A stretch of 64,000 nt of DNA from Amoebophrya sp. A120 (Eukaryota > Protista > Dinoflagellata), in contig CAJINV010000012.1 in assembly GCA_905178155.1 (NCBI GenBank), positions 2,632,707-2,696,706 of the forward strand, given 5' to 3'. The position numbers and the translations under genes are program-made. Under the pieces are notes generated by a model, which saw only the letters and a list, made by a program, of their open reading frames with translations, was not told where the DNA came from and did not search any database. Within the stretch, counting starts at the first letter, position 1. Each line of letters begins with the position of its first letter. This document shows, piece after piece, positions 37,101 through 48,400 of this stretch.

Positions 37101-38939
37101 CCGATGGCGGGGTAGGAGCGGGGGACTTTGTACTTCTCCCGGAATTCGGCAGATAAATTGTTCGTGTCAGCCATACCGAAATAGAGACCCGTCTGGCCGA
37201 GACCTGATAGGAACAAATACCGATTGAAACAGATGACAAAAATTTCATTTATTGCCCCGTGCTGGCGAGATCGATGATGATGACGATCATGCAAAGAGGT
37301 AGTGGGATCAATTATTGGTGGTGAAGACAACTACTACAGCTGCCAGAATCGCATAGCAGAATGATTATCATCGAGAAAAAGCATTAGAAATCGCGATTTT
37401 CACATTACCTCCTAGCCGCGTAATGTTTCGTTTGACCTCGTCCGACAAATTGTGAAAGTCCACTGAAGAAGAAGATGCTCCCTGTGCAACTCCAGAAGCT
37501 GCTCCCGTAGTTCCTTCCGCACCATCAACGGAGCTGCTGCTGCCCGTGCTGGTGCCCTCTGTTTGTCCACCATGATCGTTCTTCTCCAAACTCAACCCCA
37601 CGCTGTCGTGGATGTGTTTGTAGCTGATGATCCCCTGGCTGTGCTTCGCGTATCCTGTGCAAAAGTATCGCACTTCTTAGTAATTGCATTAATGCATTAC
37701 AAATCTCTTTCTCAAGGTAAATCCGCATTACAAATTGAGTTTGTCAAAATGCTGGGTTAGTTTGTCATGCAATTATTTCCACCTAGTACGATGCTTTTGC
37801 ATCGCCTATCGCGAAGTACAGATTCAAATCCGTCGCCAACTTCTGGCAAAACACGCACTCCGGCATGTGCACCGCCAAAATGACCCCATTGCGCTTGTGG
37901 AAAAACCGGCTATGAACTGCAAAAGTCTCGTACTCGTAATCGTATGGCAATCATGCATTATTTTTTTTTTCAAGGTAAATCCGCATTACCAATTTTATTT
38001 CTCATGCTGAGGAAATTTGTAATGCAAATATACGAGTACGATACTTTTGCATTTCATACCGGTCCTCGGAAAGCAAAAAGTCCAGGAATTCACCCTCGTT
38101 CGCCGGCGTCCAGAACGATTTCTTATACGCGACCTCGGGATTGCCTGTATTACGTTTTACTTGTTAAGCGAAGTTGGTGACATGGTCAACATCATGTTTT
38201 GCTTCATTCCATTTCCATCATTTTATTGAGGCTATTTCTTATAGGTTTAACCCGTACCTCCCTTCATAAGCTCCCGCATCCCCGCCAGGTCATACATCAT
38301 TTTTTATCCTGTGTAAAAAGTTCGTCCCCACCTGACGCTTGTGATTTTTTACCAAATCTGCACCATGCCCAGAACGTGCCAGCGCAAGATGCAGCTATCG
38401 CCCGTGCGGCTTAAGACCTTGCGTTTGCGATTGCGTAGCTACAAAATTATAAACTAGCAGCAAGTAGATGACCATCTAAATTTATATATCATGTGTGGGT
38501 ACGCAGCTTTTACTCACGATACTTCTTGATTAATTTTCATCTCGGCCTGCACTGCCTTCATGCCGCTGGGGAGTTCACTTTCATCAAGATTTTGTCCCTT
38601 TGCAGCCTTGATCCGCTTGCCTTTACTGCTCTTCGAGGACGAGCCCTTTGCTTTTTTCTCCAAGTTTTCCTGGAACTGTTTCCGAAAAAACTGGATTCCG
38701 TACATGAGTAACATTCCCACACACGGCATCACCACGGCCACAATCAGCGTTCGCCAGTAATTCGACCGCGCTTGTTGGTGCTTCGAGGGGCGATAAGGAA
38801 GTTTCTTTCCTTGATTGCTGCTTTTCGAGTAATTTTTATTCGGAGAAGTAGAACTGCTTCCTCCTGCCTTATCATTGCCCTTCCCAATCTCGTCCCGAAA
38901 CGGGTTGGAGGGCTGAGCTTTTGCCGGAGACGGCGCCAT
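31143..38939 (-). CDS. Thioredoxin/PDI-like membrane protein (N-terminal TM, CVFC motif, acidic coiled-coil C-terminus); 14 introners and 2 GT-AG introns
   Basis: TM segment WRTLIVAVVMPCVGMLLMYGI; spliced VILAVHMPECVFCQKLA (CxxC) and FREKYKVPRSYPAIGLW (thioredoxin cis-Pro loop). Frame is continuous across all 14 introners plus introns 38145-38257 and 37204-37408. Confidence 0.7.
31746..32025. mobile_element. Introner family B (diverged)
   Basis: B-type core GTCYGGRTCTGG; TSD AACCG/AACTG. Confidence 0.85.
32117..32270. mobile_element. Introner family A
   Basis: Family A TIR; TSD GTTCT/ATTCT. Confidence 0.87.
32404..32715. mobile_element. Introner family D with an internal palindrome
   Basis: Family D TIR; TSD CCTGC. 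Confidence 0.92.
32922..33204. mobile_element. Introner family D
   Basis: Family D TIR; TSD CGAAC. Confidence 0.92.
33288..33578. mobile_element. Introner family B
   Basis: Family B TIR; TSD TCCAC. Confidence 0.93.
33751..33991. mobile_element. Introner family C
   Basis: Family C TIR; TSD ATCAA. Confidence 0.92.
34127..34326. mobile_element. Introner family A with an internal duplication
   Basis: Family A TIR; TSD CGAAG. Confidence 0.92.
35218..35479. mobile_element. Introner family B (diverged)
   Basis: Right TIR CCAGACCCAGACACATTTGCATTTGATA; TSD CTGCT. Confidence 0.88.
35542..35871. mobile_element. Introner family H
   Basis: TIR core AGGAAAAATCCCCCTCCCCATAT; TSD CAGCG. Confidence 0.92.
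36142..36463. mobile_element. Introner family H (opposite orientation to 35542)
   Basis: Family H TIR; TSD GTACT. Confidence 0.92.
36882..37051. mobile_element. Introner family A (diverged)
   Basis: A-like TIR; TSD GCCAA. Confidence 0.85.
37651..37808. mobile_element. Introner family A (right end CTA)
   Basis: Family A TIR; TSD TCGCG. Confidence 0.88.
37911..38058. mobile_element. Introner family A
   Basis: Family A TIR; TSD CCGGC/CCGGT. Confidence 0.9.
38305..38521. mobile_element. Introner family D (highly degenerate)
   Basis: TATCCTGTGTAAAAAG..CGTCCCCAC...GTGGGTACG..CTTTTACTCACGATA; flanks TTTTT/CTTCT; removal restores frame. Confidence 0.75.
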
Positions 38940-39231
38940 TTTTTTGTAAGGTCTTATGTGCACCTTACTCCTAGAAAAAACGAATTTACGTAATGACTCA
39001 CGAGAAGTACAAAAAACAACTACGTAGTGAAGTAGAGAAATCTTGCCCTAGTATCCGAGAGAAGAATTCCATGCGGTAGAGGGTAAGGAAACAGCACAAA
39101 GGAATGACTGCTATGTCCTACAAAACAAAGCATCGCAAAATGAAAATCTTCGTCAACCGGAATTATAAACAACAGAAAAATGGTCGATCACAAGTAGAAA
39201 ATACTCGGATGACTGGAACTATCGCACAGAA

Positions 39232-39697
39232 GAGAGAGAGAGAGATAACCTATTTTCAGATCAGATCAGATCAGAGTGGCGACGCGCACGCTACCACCGG
39301 CGGCAGGGACGACCATAAGGTTCAGGAGACTCCCCTTTTTTCGGGGGGGGTAAGAAAGCTAAATCCGCGCGCAAAACTTCGGCGGGCTTCAAACTACTGA
39401 AAGATCCTGGTCGTGCGTGAGGGATGCAAAAGGATCAAAATGCAGTAAGAAGTCGAATAGTATAAAGCTCTCAAACCTCCGACGTCCTTATGTTTCGATG
39501 AAACTAGGACTAGTCAACAACGCACACCACACAGTTGAACGAAGACCCTGCTTCCGCTCCCCCGCTTGAGTGATGCCGTTTTTGTCCACCTCGCAACGCC
39601 CTTCTGTGGTCCGTCTGATCTACCCTCGGAATGCGCGGTGGCGTGGCCCTAGGTGTCTGCCAAGCTGATAGAAATCCACAGAGAGTTTGGTAGTCAG
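39232..39697. mobile_element. Insertion flanked by an 18-bp direct repeat (retroposon-like)
   Basis: TGGAACTATCGCACAGAA at 39214-39231 and 39698-39715; (AG)n and (CAGAT)3 microsatellites at the left end. Confidence 0.55.
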
Positions 39698-41228
39698 TGG
39701 AACTATCGCACAGAAAGAGAAACAAAATCTAAATCACTTGAAGATCGATGATGCGGCATTGCTCAACAATATTAACGGAATGCAGCGCACGAAGCTCAAA
39801 ATTATACCAGGATCCGTTTAGGAGCACGTCCACCTTGGATCATCTTTATTCTTGACGGCGCACGACACAAGAAGTGGAACACGAACACTTCCGTTTGTTG
39901 ACTTCATGCCACTAGACCAGCATTTGGCATGCCTCCTTCACCCTAGGTTTTCTTTTTTTTCAAATTTTTCACAAAACCTCATTAATCGATCGAAGAAAGT
40001 CGTTTTTCTAGCGGTTTGTGGTAAAAAAGACCAAAGTGTAGTGGATTCTAGTAGTATCGTACATTTTGTATGCTCTGTCCTTGAATTATGCGCCAGCGCG
40101 GTAGCGATAGGATAGCGGTTAAGTTTGTTCAAATGGTGCTTCATAATTGATTCGCCACCTTCGAGGTACTATCATACAGACTTTTCTGCTTGTCCCGCCC
40201 ATGCAAACTTTGAAAAATCTACTTGTATGTAGCCAACAGTAAAAACCAAAATCTTTTGTAGCTTAAGTTATTTCTGCAGTGGTTTGTTCCCCTGAGCAGG
40301 CGTGGGCAGCTTCATCTTCCCCAGCATGTCTGTACAGTCTTTTCAGAATCTTTATCACGCACGTAGGTTACTCTCTCCAGAACAGAATCGTGTTTTTTTT
40401 TCATTTTCTACAGCCTACTACTAGAAACATAACTTCAATCTCTTTTTCATCCATTTTATCACCACCGTCGTGATCATTTTCCCGCAAAACCAGAGCAAAA
40501 GAAGCACACATCGCTTCGCTCACATGTCATATACGAGATTCTAATGTGCGGGCGGGTTATCGTTATTTTTCTTACTTCGGATCATTTGGTGTAATAAGTG
40601 TGGTGGTCGCCGAATGATGTTTTGCGTCGACAGTGTCACAATACAACTCAAACCGCTTGTAGTTGAGAAAAGTCCAATCTAGTTTTCGCCTCATTCTATA
40701 TGGCGCAATCCTCAAACTATAAAGCCGGTTCGTGATCGTGTCGTGTAACTTTTGCGACCAGCATTCGATAGGATCAACTAAAATCCTTGTCCTTCCGCTT
40801 ACGGTCGTGTAGTTTCGTAATCAAAAACTCCGCTCAAGGTGGAAAACGTCAAGTGGCAAAAGGTAAAAATACTGTTAGTCTCTGTGCGAAGAAGTGGTCT
40901 TGAGATAAGAAATTCTTCATCACCGTAGCCGCGGGGGTTGAACTTGAAGTTGTACTAGGTGGATCAATGGTACCCAGGACAACGAATTGCCCTCCTTTCG
41001 ATGAATTTGCTGCCTTGGGCCTTTGATGTAGGTAGAAGCAGACTCAAAGAGTCCATCTCTGCAGCTAGTACAACTTCTGAGTATTGGTAAAAATTCCACC
41101 ACGAGCGACGTGTTCTTTAATGGGGAGCAGGAGGGATTATATTATCGTTTTTTTCAATCAGACAACAAGAACAATTTAAAGTCAAAACATAAATAGTCAT
41201 CTTCGGTCACATTCAAAACAAATAGGTA

Positions 41229-42946
41229 TACAGCGATGAAAAACGCTTTCGCTTTCAAAATTTAAATTTTTTTGCAGCCCGTCTCTAGCATCCTGCCCAA
41301 CTGACCGCATCTGCGTCATCCCGGTCAGCGACCCCACAAGCGGCTCCGGTTCCTCCAGCCTTGGAGTTGCTTTTTTTGCAAATGAAGTTTCTTGATGACG
41401 AATGGGAAGACGAAAGCACACAGCTAGCTTGTCGCGGTGATGGCTGGCGCAAGTTGCGTAGTGCTTGAGATGTTCCGTGAAGGATGTCTGAAGCAGGTAG
41501 ACGCTAACCAGCGACACAAGCCTCCCAGCTTCGGCGCCCACCCTGGGCGCCATCCTATCCGCCACACCCTGCGAGGGAAGTCAATGGGGGCGAGCCGCTA
41601 TGGGAGATAGTTCCGCCTTGGAACTACAGCAAAGGTTAATGGTTGCCAATACTGATGGAAACAACGGGCGGTCTTCGAGTTGCCTCGAGCTGCCGCACTG
41701 TGTCCGCCCCACGTTGGGCGCTTGCAAGTTTCGTTCCAAAAAAAGGGAGAAGGGGCCGGGGTCCCTGTAAGAGCCTTGGAAAACATTGCGCGGCCAAACG
41801 CGTGGCCGTGGCGATGCTGGCGCGCGAGCCCACCAGGTACGAAGATAGACGCGACCGCGCGACGGCCCCCCAAACGGCTAAAGTGTTGGGCCAAGGTGGT
41901 TGGGCACGTAGCGGGCTTGTTTTCATTGGGCCCAGGCGCGGACACGTTGGGTCCGTAGCGATGACCATTTCGGAACCCCGGGAGCCCAGATGATTCTGGC
42001 TCCAGGTGTTCTCTTTGCCCTTCATTATACCCCCCCCCCTTGAAAGCGTTTTTTTGGAGGCCAAAAATCGCGAAAGCGTTTTTTACAGGAACTAAAAAAC
42101 GCTTTCACTTGATTTTTTTATAGCGCGTTAAGTCTTGCCAAAGCCCTTCCGAAGGGCAACACAAATGGCAACGCTTTTGGTCCTCCTGGTGATAGTCAAA
42201 GTCCGACAATGTCGACTCAGGTCATCGCAACACAGGGAAAATTCCTCCTCACAACAAAGACAGCGAACATCGTCAGAAAGCGGCGCCTCGGTGCGTAAAT
42301 GGTGACCGAATGGCCTCCAAAAACCGGTGGGCTCCTGCTAGTGTGTCTGCATGGGCTGGCGGATATCCAAGAAAAAACACGAACCCGCAGGAGGCATCTA
42401 TGGCGTCGCAAACTTGTCGCCCAATAGCATGACAACCCAGCGCCCTTTCGTGACAAATTTCATGGAAGCCCTGCGCGGCAATTTGCGCACCGCGCAGGAG
42501 GTCTTGGACTGTAGAGAAGACCTGTTGCGGATAGGAGTTTGCGGGGCAACTTCCCTGACGTTCCAGTGGGAGCACCGACCTCGCCTCCGGATTTGGCCGA
42601 CTACTTGCCGCGCCCCCCAGGGCGGTGCTCAGCATGCCGCTCACGGCGATGCGCAGCGCCGGGGCGCCCACCCCGGCAGCAAAGGACTATGCGGAAAAGC
42701 AGGCGCAATCGCGGTCGCATATTTGCGCCACCTATCACCGCGACAGGCTAAGTACATAACGAGAAGAAGAAACTGACGACATCAACACACTGAAGTGATT
42801 CAGGCAACAAAAAAAAGCTTCGCTGCTCACCTGCCCAATGCCTTCCACTTCAACGAGGCCACCAGCGGGGTCCTATCTGGGCCGACGCTTAAGGGGGGCA
42901 AAGAAAAATTTGATTTTTGAAAGCGAAAGCATTTTTCATCGTTGTA
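41229..42946. mobile_element. 1.7-kb TIR DNA transposon-like element with TAC...GTA ends and a 5-bp TSD
   Basis: Left TACAGCGATGAAAAACGCTTTCGCTTTCAAAA pairs with right TTTTGAAAGCGAAAGCATTTTTCATCGTTGTA; TSD AGGTA at 41224-41228 and 42947-42951. Confidence 0.88.
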
Positions 42947-43679
42947 AGGTAGGAGCGCTATCTATCAGATCATCTTCTCTGTGGAGGTGAGGTTCCTCGT
43001 TTGCGGCGGACAAAAAACCCATATATTTCATATATACAGCGAATCTTATCGGGCCTACGAGCCATGACATTCGTTGCATAGTTCGTTGTCACAGACAGAT
43101 AATGATCTCATCGCACTTCTTAGGCGGGTAAGTATCTACTTTCTAAACCGGAGCAAGAATTCTTGCAACTTACTACAGAAAACCTCCGTAGGCTGTAGCC
43201 GGCTTTTTCCACAGGAGGTCGACGCGGCGTTCAAACTACATTTCTTTGTAGCGAAAAAATTTTCGTAGCCGAGACAGCAGCATACCAACGGGGATTCGCT
43301 GATGTGCCATGTGCCCAACTGATCATTTTTAGTACGCTAGCAAAAGTACGTAGTGTTGAAATACGACCTGCTATCCTCAAAGAAATAATTTGTACTACCA
43401 AAATAGGTAAATGTGGTAGAGGTTTTATCGTAGTCGAGTTTTATCGTTTCTTGCCGCCGCCCCCGGCAAGTACTTCAAGTTCAAGGAGATGCACACAACA
43501 TCAGCTACAAGAACTCGAAAATAAAGTAGAACGCAGTTCTTCTGTATACTATCGCTTTGTCGCAAGAGGACATAGTAAACTGCATTGATTTGTGTACTAT
43601 AAATCGCTTTTTGTCGCAACAACTGTATGGGACAAAAGGGATCGCCGGGTAAAGGATAGTTTCGCTTCGTCGTTACTCG

Positions 43680-43834
43680 TATGAACTGCAAAAGTATCGC
43701 ACTCGTATAAATGCATTACAAATTTCCTCAGCATGAGAAATAAAATTTGTAATGCAGATTTGCCTTGGAAACAAGATTTGTAATGCAAGACTTGCGTTAG
43801 CATTTGTACGAGTACGATACTTTTGCACAGGATA
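43680..43834. mobile_element. Introner-type element, family A (host transcript unclear)
   Basis: Family A TIR; TSD ACTCG. Confidence 0.9.
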
Positions 43835-43872
43835 ACTCGCTGCTCGATCGCTAGTCGTTCGCTCCTAGTGCC

Positions 43873-44687
43873 AATGGATTGCAAAAATGTCTGGGTCTGG
43901 AAACTTGTAATGCTACAAGTGAATGATAGACGCACTGCAATACGCAACTATGCATGACAATTTTTTTGGCTGCCGTGTCTTACGTATTCCGCATGGCATA
44001 TGGCGCCGTATACTATCTCAACGTCGAACTATCTCAAATTTTTTTACCTCAACTCTATATAGCTATCTAAAGTAGGTAGTTTATGTAGATAGTGAATTAT
44101 ATGCAAGTAGATAACTGTTTTGCATGACAAATGAGCTATATTAGAAGAAATCGTCTGGTCCCGCTCCGCCGCCCTGTCAATTTCCGGAACCCCTTTCGAC
44201 CCCGTCTGTGAGGGGCCCCCCCGGAAGGGGGGTCGGCGAGGGGGGTAGCTGAGGGGGGCAATAATAAGCTTCCGCCGATGCTAGGGCGCACTGAAAAAAT
44301 GCAGCTTTTTGAGCACCTTTCAGGGGTTCGCGGAAGGGGTGTCCGGAAGGGGTCATGAGGGAAGCAACAGGACTAGAAAAAATCGGCGGAGCAGGACCGG
44401 ACGACTTTCATTGATCTAACTTAATCTGTCACGCCAAAAATCTAGCTACATAAGCATCATGTGTTAGCTGAATAAACTAGCTACTTGAACTACCTATTTA
44501 ATATTGGGTTGAAAAATTTTGAGATAGTTGAGCGTTGAGATAGTATACGGCGCCATATGGCAAACTGCGTTTTTGCATGACAGGTAAGAGGGCTTTTTCC
44601 TGCCTATGCAACACAGACTCTCAAGTCATGCCAGACAAGCATGACAGACTTGCATTCTTCCAGACCCAGACACTTTTGCATTTGATA
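43873..44687. mobile_element. Family B element interrupted by a nested element
   Basis: B-type TIRs; TSD GTGCC/GTGCT. Confidence 0.88.
43999..44557. mobile_element. Nested 559-bp foldback/MITE element with TAT...ATA ends
   Basis: Perfect 25-bp TIR TATGGCGCCGTATACTATCTCAACG with longer imperfect arms; TSD TGGCA. Confidence 0.92.
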
Positions 44688-45478
44688 GTGCTATCGCGTC
44701 GAAACTTACCCAATAACTTGAAGGTGCTAGTACAACAATTTCATTTTTTTATCTTTATCGTGCTGTATTGATATTCTCATTTTTTAGTTTTCGTTCTTGT
44801 CAGAATTATTCTCGCGAATGATAAATACGTTACATTTTTATTTTTTTCGAATAGCTCTTTTAATTTTTTTTGCTTTTTTCAACTTTCGAATTGTATAGGT
44901 CGATAAATTCAATCCTTTTTCTACTCAACCAAAATTATCTTTCACTCCCAGAACCCCTAGTAATGAGATCACAAGAACTGTACTTTGACCGCCAGAAAAA
45001 AAAAACATACTTAGGCCTTAATAACATGCCAAATCCAACAGAAGTACAGGTACACCAAGTATCTTTCCAGAAAAAACATATAGTGCTTACTACCAGACTA
45101 GCGCTCTATTTCCGTAAATCTAAAAACAACCGGTATAATTACATGTTCTCGCTGAGCAACTATTCTACACCGAGCATGAGCCTTTTGCTCCACCCGAGTG
45201 CTTTTTTGTCTCTCGTAGATCTTGAAGGCATATGTTCGTTTTGCCGTTTAAGTTTAACTTCAAGCTGAAGCTCATCACTATCTGCTCTTCACATAAAAGT
45301 GTCTTCAGATACAGCTAGTTAATCGAGGTTTGGACATCAACTCAGCCTCAAGGAGCAGCACTCCACTAGTAAAGAAGTTATCCTAGACGAGCCTTCGTCC
45401 ACTAAACGACATCAAATGCAGTCACTTCACGTCATTCTGGCACAACTCTTCTGAGGAAGACTTTGCCCAGCAAACTAC

Positions 45479-48400
45479 TTAGGACACCCGCATGTTGTTC
45501 GAAGGGTACTGCTGCTGCTGGTTGTGATCGTGATTGTACTGCTGTTGTTGCCCGTACTGCTGCAGGTTGTTATGGGAAATATTCGCGCCGTGAAGATTGT
45601 TCGCGTGATTATTTCCCTTCCCCGCATGACTTGTTCCATGGTGCTGATAATTGTTGTGATACGCGGTAGAAGTATGGTCCCCTCCCTTTGTTCCTCCAAC
45701 AGCGTTACCTCCATTGTTCCCGCCACAACTCGACGTCGGACTCTGTCCCACGTTGACTGCCTTTTCGTTGTTGAAGTTCAACGGATGCGTCGGCGTGCCA
45801 TGGGGTGTCCGTGGGCGCGGCTCCTCGGGGTCGTTCCGCAAAATGTTGAAGAATTTCGTCAGCCAGGCGGAGGGGTTCTTCACCCGCATAGATCCGTCCT
45901 CATTCCGGCGTTCTAACTCCGACGATTTCAACAGCATCGGGTGCCAGTAGCAGGCGAATTGCTCTTCCAAGAACCAATCGACTGTCCTTTTTTCCACCTC
46001 GTACTTGTTGCAAACCGACAAAAGCGCGCTGTGGACCTCATCCTTGGACAAGGAATTGATGGTCTGGGACAAATGCGTCTGATTGCTGTAAGACGTCGGA
46101 TTTTGCTCCCCATTTCGGCCCCGATTCCCCACTGGGGGGTACTCCTTCGGCTGGTGGTGCTGGTGGTGCTGCTGATGTTGCCCATGTTGCCCACCTTTCA
46201 TGTTGTTGTTCATAGGAGTATGGTCGGAGGCCGTGTGGTACTGGTTGTCGAAGTTATTATTCCCACCAGCGAAATTACTAGTACCAGTGTTGTTGTGTTT
46301 ATCTCGGGCCGCGTTATGTTGGCCACGATTATGATCTTTCCCGTTGTGATGGTCCTTGCCAGAATTGTGCTGGCCACCTTGCCCTTTTCCGCCAGCGTTG
46401 TAAGCTGCAGTGTTATTGTTCATAGCTGAATAGCTGGTGTAATTGTCCTTTCCCGACAAGGCAGCTGAACCGGAGTTCTGCTGGTGTTGCGCCGGTGCGT
46501 TGAATTTGTCATGGTACTTGCCGCTACCGGATCCCGGCTGTTGGGTTTGTTCCCAATTACTCTGATAGTTCGTTCCTTGGTTGTTGTACTTATCGGAGGA
46601 GGAGGGTTGCTGGTTGTGGTACTTATCATTGTTCCCGCCGCCCTTACTGTTGTTACTTCCGTATGGCGCATGATGATCTTTGTGCTGCTGGTGGTTTTGC
46701 CCCTTGGTGTTAGCGATAGTTTGCGCCCACTGCTGCTGCGACCCATTGTTGTTCCCATTGTTATTACCAGGATTGTTGTTGTGCTGCTTTCCGTTATTCA
46801 ACATCATTCCGTGCTGGTTCTTACCACCTGCACCTTTCTGGTTGCCGTACTTATTGTTCGTCGTGCTGGTGTGGTCACCAGCATGTTGCTGGCTGGTCAA
46901 CACCATCCCTTTTGATGCCGCGCCGTGGTTGTTCATTCCACCATGATTGTCCTGCTGGTTGTTGCTTGTTCCCATCGTCTGATGATGCTGCTGCTGCTGC
47001 TGCTGCTGAGCCGCGTTGTTGTAGTTGTCCCGGAGCGAGTTCAGCTGCTGCTGAATCTGCTGCGGAGTCGGCAACACCGGCGGCGGCGGCGGATTGAAGG
47101 ACTGGTAGTTGTTAGTACTACTGCTCACCGGCTGGTGAGATGTACCATTTTGGTTGTTGTTCGCAGGCGTATTGTTGTTCATCCTGGAAGATGAATTGTT
47201 GTTCATTTTTTGTTCCTGCATTTGCATCTCCTGCTCTTCCGCTTCCATGGTTTGTTGAAACCACGACTTCGTGGACTTTTTCGTCAACAGAGTGGACGCA
47301 TTAGACTGCGGCTGCTGGTGCTGAGAGTTGTTGTTCATCATCTGCTGATTGTTGTTCATCTGCTGGTTGTGCTGCATCATCCCGCCGGCGTTGGCGTTGT
47401 GCGAGGTCAAAATGCTACTACCCGTGGTGAAGCCCGAGTTGGTTCCCGAGAATTCCAACTTGGAATTGCTTCCCGGCTGGTGCGGTTGCCCGATCGTAGA
47501 CCCGAACGAGTGCAGGAAATTGTTGTTGGTGGTGGAGGAAGAGTTGGCACCGTTGACACCAGCAGCATTCGTATTCGAGTTGTGCTGCTGGGTACTGTTG
47601 TTGTGGCTTTGATTTTGATTTTCTTGCTGGTGCTGGTGGTGCTTGTTCATTCCTCCTTTCTTGTTATTTTTCCCGTGGCCCTTAGAAGTATTGTTTTCCT
47701 TGTTGCTGTTGTTTTCCTTACTTCCGGTGTGAGTAGAAGTAGCCGAGTTATTGTTGTTGCTCGTCTCACCCTTAGAATTATTATTCCCCCCAAACTCCTT
47801 GTTCGCACCACCGTAACTGAAAGCGCTCATGCAGGATTTCGATCCCGACTGGCTCTTCCCAGTCGTCTGCCCGCCAGGAGTGGTGGACTGAAAGGAACTT
47901 TCGTTCGCCGCGGTGGTGTGGTTTCCACCGTTAGAAGTACCGTCGTGCATCATCTTCCCGCCCGTCCCGCTGGAAAGACTGGTGTTCCAGTGGTTCGGCG
48001 TTTCAACCCAGGTGCCCGCCCCGGGAGTCTCGTTCCAGGCCTTGTTGTCGCGCCACGCGCGGCCGTCGGAGGCTTGTCCGTTGTTGTCCGGCTCCATAGA
48101 CGGGGACGCGTCGGGAGCGGACTGCTTGGTCGTCGCCTGTTATTTCATTCAATGATAATTTCTCTGCTATTGATTGAACACGACTCAGCCGATGACTGCA
48201 ACCCACGTGAAGATGGACTCCCTCACTTCGGCACACCAGGATATCAGAAAGACTGCACCTACGTAATTCATTTTCATCCCGATAGAAATTGGAATTGCAT
48301 TGCTGCAATTCCAATTTGATATTTCATTTTTATTCAGCATAAGAAACAAAGAAACTATACCGAGCGACCACCCGAATTATTGTGCTCAAAGCCCTGGTGA

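Noticed and set aside
38309-38522. Canonical GT-AG reading of the degenerate family D element (GTATCG...ACACAG)
   Set aside because: That splice gives GAT AAA AAA TGA, a premature stop; only TSD-register removal keeps the frame.
47210-48319. Plus-strand hydrophobic ORFs (also 7555..8328 and 2277..3083)
   Set aside because: They are antisense shadows of low-complexity minus-strand exons.
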